A stretch of DNA of 64,000 nucleotides from Syncephalis fuscata S228 (lineage: Eukaryota > Fungi > Zoopagomycota): NCBI GenBank assembly GCA_025786725.1, contig JAHLTZ010000009.1:682001-746000 (forward strand), given 5' to 3'. Positions 37,912 to 52,069 of this stretch are shown here, one piece after another; position 1 is the stretch's first letter, and every line of letters begins with the position of its first letter. A program made the translations under genes and the position numbers. The notes under the pieces were generated by a model. The model searched no databases. It saw only the letters and a list, made by a program, of their open reading frames with translations, and was not told where the DNA came from.

Positions 37912-40900
37912 CTATCCATAAATACTTCTAGCCAGTAATGATTGTCTTCTTCTAATAGCTGTGGCATTAGCATTAGTATCTACGCCACCACCACTACCAG
38001 TCTTAGTAGTGGTAGTGGTAGTAGTAGATGAATTCAATTTCATTTTACTACTCGATGGATGTTTATCCGATACCGTGAGTGGTGTGGGTGCTGTTGATGC
38101 CACCGATACTATAGATGATGAAGACATGGGTACAGGCCCTGATGTAGATACATTACTAGTTACTACTTGTGGTACCACTTTCTATTAGGATGATGATGAT
38201 GATCATGATCATAATAATGATTAATAAAGTGATCTATATATGTATGTATGTATATACTGGTTATTACCGTTTCAATAGTGCATACATGACCACAACCTGT
38301 AGGACATTCCAAGTTCTCTTGAAACCATGTATACATATGCTTTAAATGGCCACCATGTCCACAGCCTTGACACCAAGCATATAATCCTTTAACCGTTTGA
38401 TGACTAGTTCATTATATTAGTGTATTCCTATTACTGTATCTATAGATGTCCTACCAAAGTGAACACGGATTAACAGGACGACGACATCGATCACAGGCCC
38501 AATTAGCACCATGAGGATTATTCAGTGGCCTAAAACAGTTATTACAAGTAGTATGGATGACGGTGGCCTCCTAGTTAAATACAAGCTATAAATACAAATA
38601 CTTGGTGTCACAAGTCATTTACTTGATTAATACTCGATATCTCTTCTAATCGACAATTATTCATAACCGCCGATGCAGTTGACCATAATTTAAATCGATG
38701 TAATAATTCTACCATAGATACATCAGTAATCAATATAGCCATTAATAATAATAATAATAATAACAATAGTTACCGATATAGGCTGTGAACCAATGTTTAG
38801 CAATGGCTGGCCATATAGCTAATTGTTGATCCAATACGAGTAATATAGTAGTGCACATTTGTACATCCCCCTATACATAGTCTTGGTTAATAGATAGGCT
38901 ATATAATAAATAATGACCTACTTGTTCACCGTAGTAGTATAGTATTTCTAGTAACATTTGTTGTGGATTCCATGATTCACTCCACGGTACCACATCAGGA
39001 TCAGGATAGGATAGATGGGCCATAATCCCTAATGACTGAGGATAGTGACCAGTAGATCCAATAAATGAAGAGGATCGATGTGATTCTTGACTTGTATTAC
39101 CACGTCGTTCCACATCCTTTTGATGTTGGATCAATGTACTAAGTGATGGTCTTATAGGCACACCCGTCATAGAATTACTATTAGTATTAGTGTTGTTGTT
39201 GTTACTGTTAGTAGTGGTGGTGGTGATGGATTGAGTTGGTTTGGGTGGTTGAGGGGGTTGTGAAAAGAGTAGTTGTAGTACACGCCAGGTTTGAGCAGTA
39301 CGTCCATGACCGGCTTGAGCAGCTACGCGAGCATTACGGGCACACGATGCCCATATATCCTCACCACTAGCAATACTATACTGACGGGCCATCATACAAA
39401 AGGCTTGATAATCAAAGGGTGGCATATTAACAATACCTGCCGGTTGATGTGATTTATACTAAATAGAATTATTAGTTTAATTAACAAGTGGATTGGTCAG
39501 TAACTTACCTCGTTACCGATGGTAGTGTCACCAGAAGTGGAGGTGGTTTTATTAGTATTGACAGCAGTAGTGGATGTATTATATACATTGGTGGTGGTGG
39601 TAATTGATGATGATGATGACCCGGCAGCAGCGGCCACAGCAGCAACAGCAGCAGTAGGTGTAGGTATATTCGTATTATGGCTACTATTATTACTATGGCT
39701 AGGACCACTGATAGAATTACGTGTCTGTCTACTTGTACGTCTTAATGCCGATAACATAAATGTAGTAGGTGGCCGATATCTATTAATTATACCATTAGTA
39801 TGATTATATTAATAATGAATAGATTGTATTTAATTACACTTCATTCTCTATTGATTTATCCTCAGCAGCAAATATTATATCGTTATAGGCATTCCAACTA
39901 TGTGCAGTTACAGTAATTAAATCAAGTGGTCGATGAAAGGCCGATACATGATGTCGCATAAAGTGTTTGTCCTTTGAACATGACCATATGACACCCGGAT
40001 CCTGCCATTTAAATCCTACAATTAATAGTCAATAACCACTATACAAATAATATATACATATACGTATACGTATATATATATATATATATATATAATAACT
40101 TACCAGTGGCTACATTATCGTGTTCTTCAATATAGTATTTGGCGAGAAAGGGTCGCCGTACATCCCATACATGTATACGGTAATCTGATAATAGAGCACA
40201 TGATGCCACTTCATATTCTCTACCAGGTCTCCACTGTACTCGAGCAACACTCGTCATGGTTTGTATAACATGAAGTGGTTTACGTCCATCAGATTTCATA
40301 TCCCACACCTATCATTATTTAGTTATTTAATTATTTAGTTACTTATAGTTTACAAATTACCTTTATAAATTTATCTCTACCACCAGTGGCCAATGTACGA
40401 CCATCAGAGTGCCAGTCAACAGTCAATGCTAATCCATAATGAGCATTAAGTTTACGTTCATAAATATTAGGCTTTCTTAAATCCCATTTCTAATAATAAT
40501 ATTATTATTAATTAAATTGATTCAGTATCTATTCGTTTATCTACTTACTTGAATGGTGCCTGTCTCAAATGCCGCGGCTAATTCGTGTATATTGACTGGA
40601 TTGAACTGTACATCTCTTACACTTTCTGATTTACCATCAAGTACCAGTTTGGCCGGTTTAGCCTCTCGTAAATCCTATAGATATAGATATAGATATAGAT
40701 GTATATATATTGTCATTGATAAGATATAGCACTATATGTTAAATGACTTGCCCATAACCGCATTGTACCATCCTGAGAAGCACTAAGTAATAGACCACTG
40801 CCTGGTGGTCCACCACATATCCTATTGACTGCTCGAGCATGTTCTGATATCACTCGTTCTATAAGTAAATTGATTAGAATTAACTATATCCTATTACAAT

Positions 40901-41541
40901 AGATATACTATATATATAGTATATAGTATAGCAATGTATTACCTTGTAGTTTTTGACGGGCCCGAGTCAGATCCCAAATAACAACCGCGCCATTTGTGGC
41001 CGCCGTAGCAATCTTTTGTTTAGTTACTAATAAAAGAGTAATTGATTAATTGATTGATTAATTAATTAATTGACTAGTCTATAGCCATTATCCTATTACA
41101 TACACCATTGAACATCGTTACTGCTAAAGTTCAAGTTAAGTCGACTGCCCACACGTATATTTAACGCTTCGGTTACTTCAGTCTCGTTAACACTTAGTAC
41201 TTTTAATACTATTTGTATATAGAATTAGTATACTATTACTATAGTTCAACTAATAGTAGTGAATTACCTTCACGGCCAGCTACAATAGCATGAGTGCCAT
41301 CAGGAGAGGAATCTAGTGCATTTAAAGCGCCATTTAACTTTAACTTTACCGCTGACTGTTGAGGCGGTGTCATTCGGTCTATTGAATGGGCTACAGTATG
41401 ACCTGTACCATGACTATTGCTACAACTATTACTATTGCTACTGTTGTTACCATGTCCAGACAGTGAAGGCGGCAATAAAGGCGGTATGAGATTCATTGCA
41501 GTACCACTACTATTACTGTTGTGGTTATTATCTCGATACAT
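37912..41541 (-). CDS. WDR24: GATOR2/SEACAT subunit WDR24/Sea2/Rtc1
   Basis: WD40 repeats (SASQDGTMRLW, VRDVQFNP, ATGGRDKFIKVWD), CARNARVA..WRVL, GDVQMCTT and C-terminal RING WCQGCGHGGH..CPTGCGH. Confidence 0.9.
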
Positions 41542-41812
41542 TGATATACAGGTCGTTATTACTGCTGTGTTGTTGTTGTTGTTGTTGTTGTTATAGTGTA
41601 CTAGTGTTGTAGTTGTTGGTTAGTCAAAGGAGAGAAGAAAGCTTATACATTAAATGGTTTATTTCTATTAATAAAATGGTGATTATGGTAATTAAAGAAC
41701 GTAAATATTGGATATGTCACGTGATGTAATTTACTTTCTCCTTTCTTCTTTTTTACCCTTGCTATTTCTCCAACTAACTATTTCTCTACTGGTCCATAGA
41801 GAGAATATTACA

Positions 41813-44800
41813 ATGTCGTCGTCTAATATATTGGAGGAGAAACTTGCTGGTAAATACAGACAATATATACAACAATGACAGTTCTATAACTATAACTATA
41901 TTATTATTACTATATTACTATATTATTATTACTATTACTATTAGAACCGGCTGTAAAACAAGTGGTTCAACAAGTGATTGAACGTGAATTTAACTTGGAA
42001 ATTTTATTAAAGCGACGAGAACTATCGCTTATTCGACAAGAACTTGATAAAGGAGAGCGTATACTTGGCTCAATACATAGATATATATTATATGGAGGTA
42101 AGAGATAGTTATATTAATTAGAGTGACCTATTAGTTAATATATATGTATATGATATGTATATGTATATGTATGTATATAACGGTTAATAGAGGATGCAGA
42201 TACAGAATATACGAATACCCGAGAGACAAGATATACAACAACTAAACAACGCTCTCTATCTTCATCAGATCGCTTTAATGGACAAGTAGAAGAGAAGGAA
42301 GTGGTTCGTGGCATATCAGCACCTGTAACACCGTTATCATCTTCAGGGACCACAACACCAATTGTTCATCGTAAAAGACGATTAGCACGCGCCACTGTAA
42401 ATCAGAAACCAAAATATGGTGGTAATGGTCCTACACAACCATTATATTCACGTAGAAGTGATGGTACTTATGTAGTGTAAGTCAAGTCTTTATTGATTAG
42501 TAGTAGTAGTAGTAGTAGAATGTCTAATTACATTATAGTATTATATGTCCTACTTGTCAACGAGGCAACTTTTTAAATATGCAAGGATTTGTTAATCATT
42601 TTAAATTAAAACATCGAGGTGATCTGGCATCACATGAAGAAGCCACGGAACTATGTGGTATACCTGTAGTAAGTAGATAGTATTTGTAGTACTGCTGTGG
42701 ATAAACTAATGGCATAATATATGTAGAATGAAGAAGAGATTCCTATGGATCATTTATGTCGACTTCGTTTTAATGATACATTGCCTGAACGGTAATTTAT
42801 AATGATTTAATAACTAGTAGGTATGGACTAATAAATGAATATAGACTTAAAGGTATTGCTGAGAGAGGAGCGGCCAGAGATCAATTAAAACGCACCAAGG
42901 TAATCAAAAGGTTAATACAGTTATTGTATTAATGATTGAATATAGCCCAAAATTAAAGTATTTGAAGAAGCAGTTGATATTCATCAAGATACGACAACAA
43001 CGACAACAACAACAAATAACAATAGTAATAGTATTGAATCAAATCCATTACAAATGCAGATTGATTCAAATACAATGACGAATGATAAAGTCAATACTGT
43101 TACTAAATCAATTCATACCCTACATAATAGATCATTAACGAGTGAAATGGAGACAGTACCTACACTTTTATCCCCTGTACCAATAACAACCCTATCATCT
43201 TCTGGATCTCGTTTCTATGTAAAACGACGGGTTACTGTCGGTAATACATCACAATATATACCACCTTGTAAGTATACTGTATTGTATAACCAACTATCTA
43301 ATTGTAATTAGTAAAACGATCTGAAGATAAAAAGAATCACTCTCATCGATGGATGGTCTATATTGTAGGACCACCTCAAGTAAGTACCTTGTATGAATAT
43401 TAGATATTAGATAGAGTGTACTAATAAATGTAATTACTCAATGGTAAAGGATACTAATGAAATCAGCACTTATATTAAACGAGTCCGCTTCTACATGCAT
43501 CCTTCTTATCGACCCAATGATATTGTAGATGTATTAAAACCACCATTTCAACTTATACGTTATGGATGGGGCGAGTTTCCGGTTAGATTACAGCTATTCT
43601 TTTCGGATACCCGTAATAAACCAGTGGATATTGTACATATGTTACGGGTCAGTTAATTAATCTATAGACATAGAGTTGGGGATACTAATGCTCCATAATA
43701 GCTTGATGATAGCCATACTGGAGGACAGACCCAAGGAGCAGAACGTACATTTGATTTAGAACTTGATAGAAATACACAATTTAAACAAATAATCAAAGAA
43801 GAGGAGGAGAAAGAAGAACAGAAGGAAGAAAACAAAACGCAAGTAATTAAAGAAGAGAAAGAAGAGAAAGAAGAAATCTCTAAAGATATATTGGATAAAA
43901 ATACAATAATCCATACTAATACATCCAATATGATGGATGTAAAAAAAGAAGTAATATTAGATACAACGACAAATGAAAATAAGTTACTTTGTGATAAACA
44001 TGAAAGTGAAGAAGAGAATACTATTAATAATGATGTTATTAATGGTGTAGATAGTAAGTTTAATTATTTATAAAGAATAGTTATTAATATGATTAGAAAA
44101 AGATAAAGCATTTAAAGCTTGGCTTAAACCTCATTTATTAAAGGCCTATCAATATTATCCATTAATTAAGCCATTAAGACAAATGAGATCTGGTCAGTGT
44201 AGATTAACTAGTTTATTATTATTTATCTAATTTATTTAATCATTAGATCATGTGCGTATTTCTTATCGATTAGCATCTTCTATTGATGAATTTACTTTAT
44301 GGACTCATGGAAGACAGAAATCAGTTTATGTAAGTTATAAGTATATATATTATAAGTACTATGTTACTAATATTAAAGTAGTGGCAACAAGCAAAAGCTA
44401 TTAGTGCTTATTTAAAACGACAAATGGCACAACATCCACCTGTAATGACATCACTTAGTACAATGCCTCTACCTACTATGCGATTTATTCTCGATTGGTG
44501 TCGACAACAATCATTATCATTAATGACATCTAAAGATACAATGACATCTAAGATACAATGACATCTAAAAGTAATAATGTCAATTTATCAAATCATTCTA
44601 CATCAACATTATCAACTAGAGTATTAACCCATAGTATACAAAAGCCAATGACTATTTATTGTAAATTCTGTGGTCTATTTCATGCTGATGTATCAACATT
44701 GGATTCACCATGGCGTGTTACCTGTTCATCACGTCCCATGGAGTTCCAAGGACCGCGTAGTACATTGAATAGTGCCACTACAGCTCGTCCATTACTTGAT

Positions 44801-45721
44801 CAACTGCATCGACAATTAGTATGTGCAACAGGCAATGCCAGTGACGATAATGACGATAACATAGACCACGACTTTGACATGGCCATGAACACTGACGAAG
44901 ATGAAGGTAAATAATATTAACATATATATATATATATACATAATAATAACGTTAATAATAATGATTAGATGTCGATATTGAAGTTGATATTGCTGATACA
45001 CAATGGACACAATCTACTGCACTGTCACACTCTACACCTCTAGTGAATCCATTAGATCATTTAATGACCTGGTCTACACTGGCTACTATGCCCGAGATGT
45101 CATCATCACCTATGGCTATTGATTGGATATGGCGAGTGATTGGTGAATTACATATGCCCACCTATTTACCATCGGCATTAGTACCGACCCGTAAAAGTCG
45201 TTACTATGGATCACAGATGAGTCGTGTAACTGGAAGTAGTGGTAAAGAGGAACGGGCCGGTCGATTAGCCATAGTACGGGCATTTGCCACTCCTACATCA
45301 AATACTAGTCGTCATAATGAGGATTTGGTAGAGATGGAAGAGCAGAAGAGTGACTCTAATGCATCACTATTACCACCTGCTCGTTTATTAGCTCTACGAC
45401 AACAAGTATCTGTAGGCGGTGTTTTACTCTTGGTAAGTAATAACTTATTATTAATATTTATATTGTTAATCTATGATATAGGCTACACGATCATTTCTTA
45501 AACATATTATTGATAAGGCTAATAAGCAGCGATCATCTTGTGATATGGCTAATGACACTACATCTAATAATTCAGAACTATTACGTAAAAAGTCAATGCT
45601 TATGCCATTTCATATTTACAAGACACTTTATGAATCACCAGAACAATTTGACTTTCTTACCCAGCATTATTTAAATGCCAATGATAATAGTAGTAACAGT
45701 AACAATAATAAAATTGTGTAA
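41813..45721 (+). CDS. YEATS2: YEATS-domain protein, YEATS2/Ahc1-like
   Basis: IEREFNLEILLKRREL, C2H2-like CPTC...GFVNH, YEATS VRFYMHPSYRPNDIVDVLKPPFQLIRYGWGEFPVRLQL and C-terminal PFHIY...FDFLT; 1-nt frameshift near 44551. Confidence 0.85.
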
Positions 45722-45761
45722 AATATACTTTCTTTCTGTTAAACTCTACTTATTATTTAAC

Positions 45762-46308
45762 ATGTTTCGTTTTACTTCACGACAGCCAGAGATTACTCGG
45801 CCAGTATTGAATTTCAACGAGATTCTTCAAGATCTAGTCCAACAGAATAACTGTTTGGTGAAAGGTTAGTTACTTAATAGTATATTGGCCAACTATATTG
45901 ATTGAATTCACGTTAATAGATACTTTGACCCTATCGGATACATCGTCACTGGAACATGAATTAACTACACTACTTGGTGCTTTGAAGAAAACAAGTCCAG
46001 TATTTAGTGATAGTGCTACATCGACACGTAATGAAACAGTAAAAGATATGACTACACCTGTATCTTGTAGTAATGAAGAGGAATCGTACGATGAGAACTC
46101 GCCTCTTGATAAAGATACAACAACAACAACACTACAAAACGATATAACCGAGAATGCACTATTCATTGCCCAAGGTATTCACTCGCTACAAACAACCGTA
46201 ATTGATCAAGCAGAAAAGGCGCGTCATCATCTGGTTACTGAATTAAATGATCGACAACTAGATACAGAGTGTTTACTTAATGAACTCACTCAAGTATCTC
46301 ATTGTTAG
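45762..46308 (+). CDS. Small hypothetical helical/coiled-coil protein, 2 exons
   Basis: MFRFTSRQPEITRPVLNFNEILQDLVQQNNCLVK, then GTTAGT..TAG intron, continuing in frame into DTLTLSDTSSLEHEL. Confidence 0.55.
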
Positions 46309-46481
46309 TAATATACACGCCATCAATACAGTAGCCGTATATGTTTTTGTTATCGTTTTGTATAAACATTGTTATATAATAAACACATAAGGTTTCCATA
46401 GCAATCTTCTATAGCACTATATTATACTATTTGTATGGCTATGTAGATCATTAAATGTTGTTATTTTTTAGTTGATTTACT

Positions 46482-46717
46482 ATGGCACTGACAGTAGTAA
46501 GAGGTATCTTTATTATAATTGCTATTCTATTGCCACCGCTTGCTGTTATACTTAAGGTAGGATTTAGAACGGATGTGCTAATTAATGTTGTATTTATGAT
46601 TCTAGGATTTGTGCCGGGTAAGTTAATTAGATTGATGTTTATAATGCTATGTTAACGATGATTTGTACCAATGGATTAGCTGTAGCCCATGCATTATATA
46701 TTGTATTAAGATACTAA
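46482..46717 (+). CDS. PMP3: Pmp3/RCI2 (UPF0057) plasma-membrane proteolipid, 57 aa, not in the ORF track
   Basis: MALTVVRGIFIIIAILLPPLAVILKVGFRTDVLINVVFMILGFVP|AVAHALYIVLRY; intron 46618-46679. Confidence 0.88.
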
Positions 46718-46905
46718 AGCATAACATTTTACTATTACTTGTATATTTAGTAAAATCAGCCATGATAATGATAATGATAATGATGAATAGACCAATGGCC
46801 ACTAGTTCTTTAGTTTTATTATAGTGTTGGTTGTAGATTGGACTTGTTAAGCCACCGTCATTTCTTTCTTTATTCGTGCTTGTTTATCTATTTCGTATTT
46901 ACAGC

Positions 46906-48704
46906 ATGTACACCACTACCACACCTACTACCCAACGGACCTCTTCCTCTACGACGCCGTCTCGTACATTCCAGACGACGCTTGGTACAGCCGGTACACA
47001 GCTATCACAGCTGCTGACCCCCACCACAAGTAGCGGTACCACGCCGATGGCCACGAGTGGCAGTAGTGGTGGATTGCCCTATATTGGTCGTCGTCATAGC
47101 ATCTACGGCACCGAAGACCGTGTCGTACTCGATATTGGATCGCTGTATATGCGTTGTGGCTATAGTGGTGAATCTCAGCCCCGTCATCTAATCCCGGTAT
47201 TTGGCGACTTAGATTGTCATCGAGAGCATAGTTGTAACGAGAGCTGTCGTCTTACAAGTCGGGTAAGCCCTCTATAGGGTCTAGAGCGAAAGTAGTTATG
47301 CTAATTAGCTATGGTTATTATAGTTTGCCGAACTATTTACACCGAATATTCATAAGATTGATCTAGTATTGTTAGAGGAAACATTGCGCTATTATTTGCA
47401 TCATGTTTATTATCGGTAAGTGTTGATAGATGCTTATAGAAGATACGCTTATGCAGCAGTCATTAGCTATTTACTTACCGAACCACGTCAACGAAAAGTA
47501 CTTATTTGTGAACCACCACTTATGCCGGTTATTGTAAAAGAAATGCTAGCGCGTATATTATTTGATCATTTTCAAGTGCCGTCCATTTCATTTGCACCCT
47601 CTGGACTTTTAGCCCTTATGACTGCCGGTACAATAACGGGTATTGTTCTAGATAGCGGTAATTGGGAAACGACGGTTATACCGGTAAGTATTAGTAAAAG
47701 GATATTAGTATACAACTAATATAATGGACATCTCATCAAGGTATTTGATGCTCGACCACTTATACCATTTGTACAAACAACACCGCTAGCTGGTCGTGCT
47801 TTATCTAATCGACTTCGTATTTTGTTACTGAGTCATGCACAAATACTAATGCCGCAAGGAGAGCCACAGCCATTGACGGCCGACATGATTGCGGCCGAGA
47901 CGCTTGAAGATATTAAAGCACGGCTTTTATTTGTATCTCCATTTAAGCCGATTAGACCCGATGCCGGACCGGCACCTAGCATGGAAGGCGACGACTTTGA
48001 AGGATGGTATCGTGATGTAAGTGCCGCCACCGATGCGACATGTCGATTCCAACGGGCCGATACTGGGCAAACCAGTCGACTATCCATACCGGGATGGGTA
48101 CGTGAACGGGCTGCTGAAGTACTATTTGATGGAGATGAAGATGAGCCCAATATTGTGTGCTGTTTACTAGAATCATTACTTAAAGTAAGTGACACATTTA
48201 TAGACTAATTAACTGATTAACTGATTAACTGATTAATTAAAAGGTACAACCTGATGCACGGGTTCAATTGGCAGAAAATGTATTATTGACAGGAGGTACA
48301 GCAATGCTACCCAATTTCCAGGCCCGTTTTCATCAAGAATGTATTAGAACGGCTGGTGAACATCCACGCTATCAAGTACTACAAGGTCTAGTTGACAAAA
48401 TGCGATTTTTATCCGGTGGTGAACGTGGCCGTATTTTCCCGGCCAATTGCCGTACTTGGGTAGGCGGTAAGTACATTTACCATTATTATTCATGTATAAT
48501 AGATATTAACACGCTAAATGATATGATATGATATGATATGATATAGGTTCATTGGTTGGAGCTATTAGATCAGCTGGACCAGAAATAACCAAGGATAAAT
48601 TCAATGGCACAGTACCTGACTGGACCAATACACCATTGGCATCTGATGCACCAGAACCAACTGGAGATGGTGTTAATACTATTTTTGCACAAACAAACAA
48701 CTAA
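46906..48704 (+). CDS. ARP10: Actin-related protein 10 (dynactin pointed-end complex)
   Basis: RRHSIYGTEDRVVLDIGSLYMRCGYSGE, RKVLICEPPLMP, LTGGTAMLPNFQAR and TVPDW. Confidence 0.88.
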
Positions 48705-49350
48705 ATCTTATAAATGACCATGTTAAATATGTCATTCATCCTACCCGTCATCACTTGTTGCACGTGGTTGACACGTTAAGTGGGCAATAACACGTTAAAT
48801 GATTTGTGACGGCGTTGTCTACACCAAATAACCATAATAATAATAACCATAATAATAATTGTTTAATAATAATAATGCTGTTTGGGTGTAAATTGTATAT
48901 TTTGTCTTTATTTATATTTATTAGTAACACTGCTCGTGATATTATATAGTTAACAACACGCGTGCATCAATGGCATCCAATTCACGCCTACCTTTGATGT
49001 CTTTCTCCTTCTTATCTACTGATAAATAGTCACTATTGGCACTGCTACTATTGGTCTTTCTTATTAGCACTCAAACTAGTGTATTCACCCTCTTCTATCC
49101 ACCGTACTATCTTGATAGTTGTCTTTGTATGGGCTTTTGTACAGTCTGTGCACTTGAACTTTGTCTGTGCCTCCATCGCGACCATTTGTCTTTTTAAATA
49201 GTCATTGGACAGCATCTAGTGGTAGCTATATGTACTTTTCTGCCTCTGTTGTCTCTATAAAACACGGTAAGTACTGAAGAACTATAAAGCTTTCTATTTT
49301 AATTGTTTACGAGCAGTTTTGTATATCATTCCAATAGTTGCTTGAACAAA

Positions 49351-50663
49351 ATGGCTACAGATGAGTCAAAATCGTTTACTCCTATTAAGGATTTGTCGCA
49401 ACAGCAGCAAAATACTGCTATAAATCAACAAACCACGTCAATGCCGCCTACCTCTGCAGATATTGCCAAGGTAAGTGTGTATCTATGTATTGTATATTGT
49501 ATACTATATATTGTGTGGGGTGGTATATTTGTTACTAATAATAATATAATTACTGATACGTATAAAGCTGTCACACATATTACGCGTCCGACTTCGGCTA
49601 GCAACCGTAAAGGCCGAGCGTGGCTGGGAATATTTGTCATTAAGCGAGACAGAAGAACGATTACGTGATGAAGGCAAATCTATTGATGGCAAACCTACTA
49701 GTGCTACCTACTGCTGCTGCTGCTGCTACCAGTAATAACAATGACTATATTGATGAATCAGCCGAATTAACATCATCCATTTATTCGGCCTTTAAACGAT
49801 TAGCAAAAGATACAGAAGCTGAAGATGAGCAGAAAAGGTCAGCAATAGATATGGATAAAGCGATTACAAGTATAAGTACAAAAATACACGATAAACATGT
49901 AAATGATACGACCAAACATATTGGCCCACCCAATCGTGTTTATAGTTCAGCCAAAGCAAATGAACGGCGTAGACAGCGACAAAAACGACAACTGATCCAT
50001 CGTCCCTATGAACGACAACGATCAAAGAGTCCATCGCTAGTAGAGGCCGCCCTATCTTCATCCCCGTCATCTTCATCGTGGCCACCGCATCATTACATCG
50101 CGCATACGATTACCAACGATTATGATAGTAATGACGATTATGAACTTAACGAGGATGGTAATAATAATACAGAGGATATTACTAAAGGCCGTAAAAGTGC
50201 ATTTAAACAAACGGCAGAACACAGTGCACAATATTATGCAGTGTATAATCGATTAAGTGCTGATAATGAAGCTACGCATCAGTTTAATACGATGAACAAT
50301 CAATTATCTACTAAATCGAATACTATTTCAACTATTACAAAAGCGATGATTACACCATCATCATCACAAGAATGTGAAGTTCAAATGAATAATAGATCTA
50401 TTCATAGTACTAATAGTGCCGCTACTTCATCTACTTCATCTGTTTCACCACCACCAGCAGCAGCAGCAGCAACAATGGCCCGCGTATCACCACGTCGACC
50501 TGATTTCAGTCTAGGTCGATTACCAACACGATTGGCCGATCCAACGGGTACTACACCACCTACATCGCCGGATACCGAGCAGGCAGCCCGTCTAATGATT
50601 ATGTTGGCCAATTCACACGACACGGGAAAAGAACAAACTGATATGACACGTAGCAATCTATGA
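49351..50663 (+). CDS. Whi5/Nrm1-family G1/S transcriptional repressor-like protein; frameshift near 49709
   Basis: After the intron (donor 49471), GTB-like motif LRVRLRLATVKAERGWEYLSLSETE; many S/T-P sites; C-terminal EQAARLMIMLA. Confidence 0.7.
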
Positions 50664-51535
50664 AAGCCGCTAGAACGATCTTTATTTGCATGTATCTTTT
50701 AGTTTTTTTAGTGGATTTACCAACCATTTGTTATTAGTTAGCAACGCTGCACTGTTGTCTATCTCGAGTCCGTCTGTTTATTACATTTTTATGTAAAGAC
50801 CGCTATTACGTATTGACTATTTAGTTGATACCATTTTCTATTCTTTCCTATTTTTTCTTATTAGTATTATATAGCTTATATTTGATTTATTTGCATAGAT
50901 TGTGGCTACTATTGTAAATAACGCGATAAATATGCATATTTCAATGTGATACTAAATCATTATCTGTTACACATTAAACTATATCATAAATAATGTTTAA
51001 AACCAATCTCAAGCTGTGCTAATGTATCAAGCATAGTTGATTTGACGCTATAATCCCATACTATCTGATATATTATGCCCATCATTATAGCCTTGTAATA
51101 TGAGTAATAATAAAGTGTTCATCTACTATAGTTTATAGTGTTATTTCTAAATTTATTTATTTATTTGTAGCTATTTATTTTGTAATACATTATACCTTTC
51201 ATATCATTGTAGTTTTGTGCTATAAGTAATAATACGGCGCTGATCTATTGTATCTATGGATGTTATGTACGAATTATTTATTTATTTCGTGATATATATA
51301 TATCATTTACAATATAACATTACATCTATCTATACGTGCCATAATAATTGTGTTTAATGATCAAAACAATTTATGATTTGACAGCCCATTGTTTACTATA
51401 TTTACTTTGTGTGTAAATGATTTTATTTACATTACACATCACTATATGCAAAAAAAATAGATCGACCTGCTCCATAACCATTTTACTTTATCTATAATCG
51501 GCGCTGAATTTACACGCGAGCGGAGCAAAAGAGTG

Positions 51536-51608
51536 AGGCCCAGATGGGACTCGAACCCACAACCTTCGCCTTAGGAGGGCGACGCCATATCCATTAGGCT
51601 ACAGGGCC
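51536..51608 (-). tRNA. tRNA-Arg(CCU)
   Basis: GGCCCTGTAGCCTAATGGATATGGCG TCGCC-CTCCTAA-GGCGA AGGTTGTGGGTTCGAGTCCCATCTGGGCCT; A and B boxes; downstream TTTT terminator. Confidence 0.95.
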
Positions 51609-52069
51609 ATGATAAGCAAACTAAAATTTAACAAAAAATTGTCTATATGTAGCAAAAATTAAAATTTTATTTTGTTATGGCTTTTAGAGGCTTAATTTTT
51701 AGATAAAATTACTATTGAGCTATTGTTTAGCCATATTAAATTATTAAAATACTGGTTATTTATATAGGTCCAAAAATAATAAGTATGTAATAAAATAATT
51801 AAATATCTATTTATTTTTTATTTTCAATTTACTATTATTGCAAACAGTAGCTATTCATCTATTTATTTAAAATAATATATTATTGTTCCATATTTTATTA
51901 TGTTGCTATCATTCCTATCCATTCAATAAACTCATTTACCACATCTTTAAGTGGTTAATTTATAGACATTACATGAAAGTAACAGCTTGATAATCATTTA
52001 ATTGTTCGTCATTTTACATTATTAAATAATTTATTATTAGTTGTTTGTCAGTATTTAGTATAATTTAGA

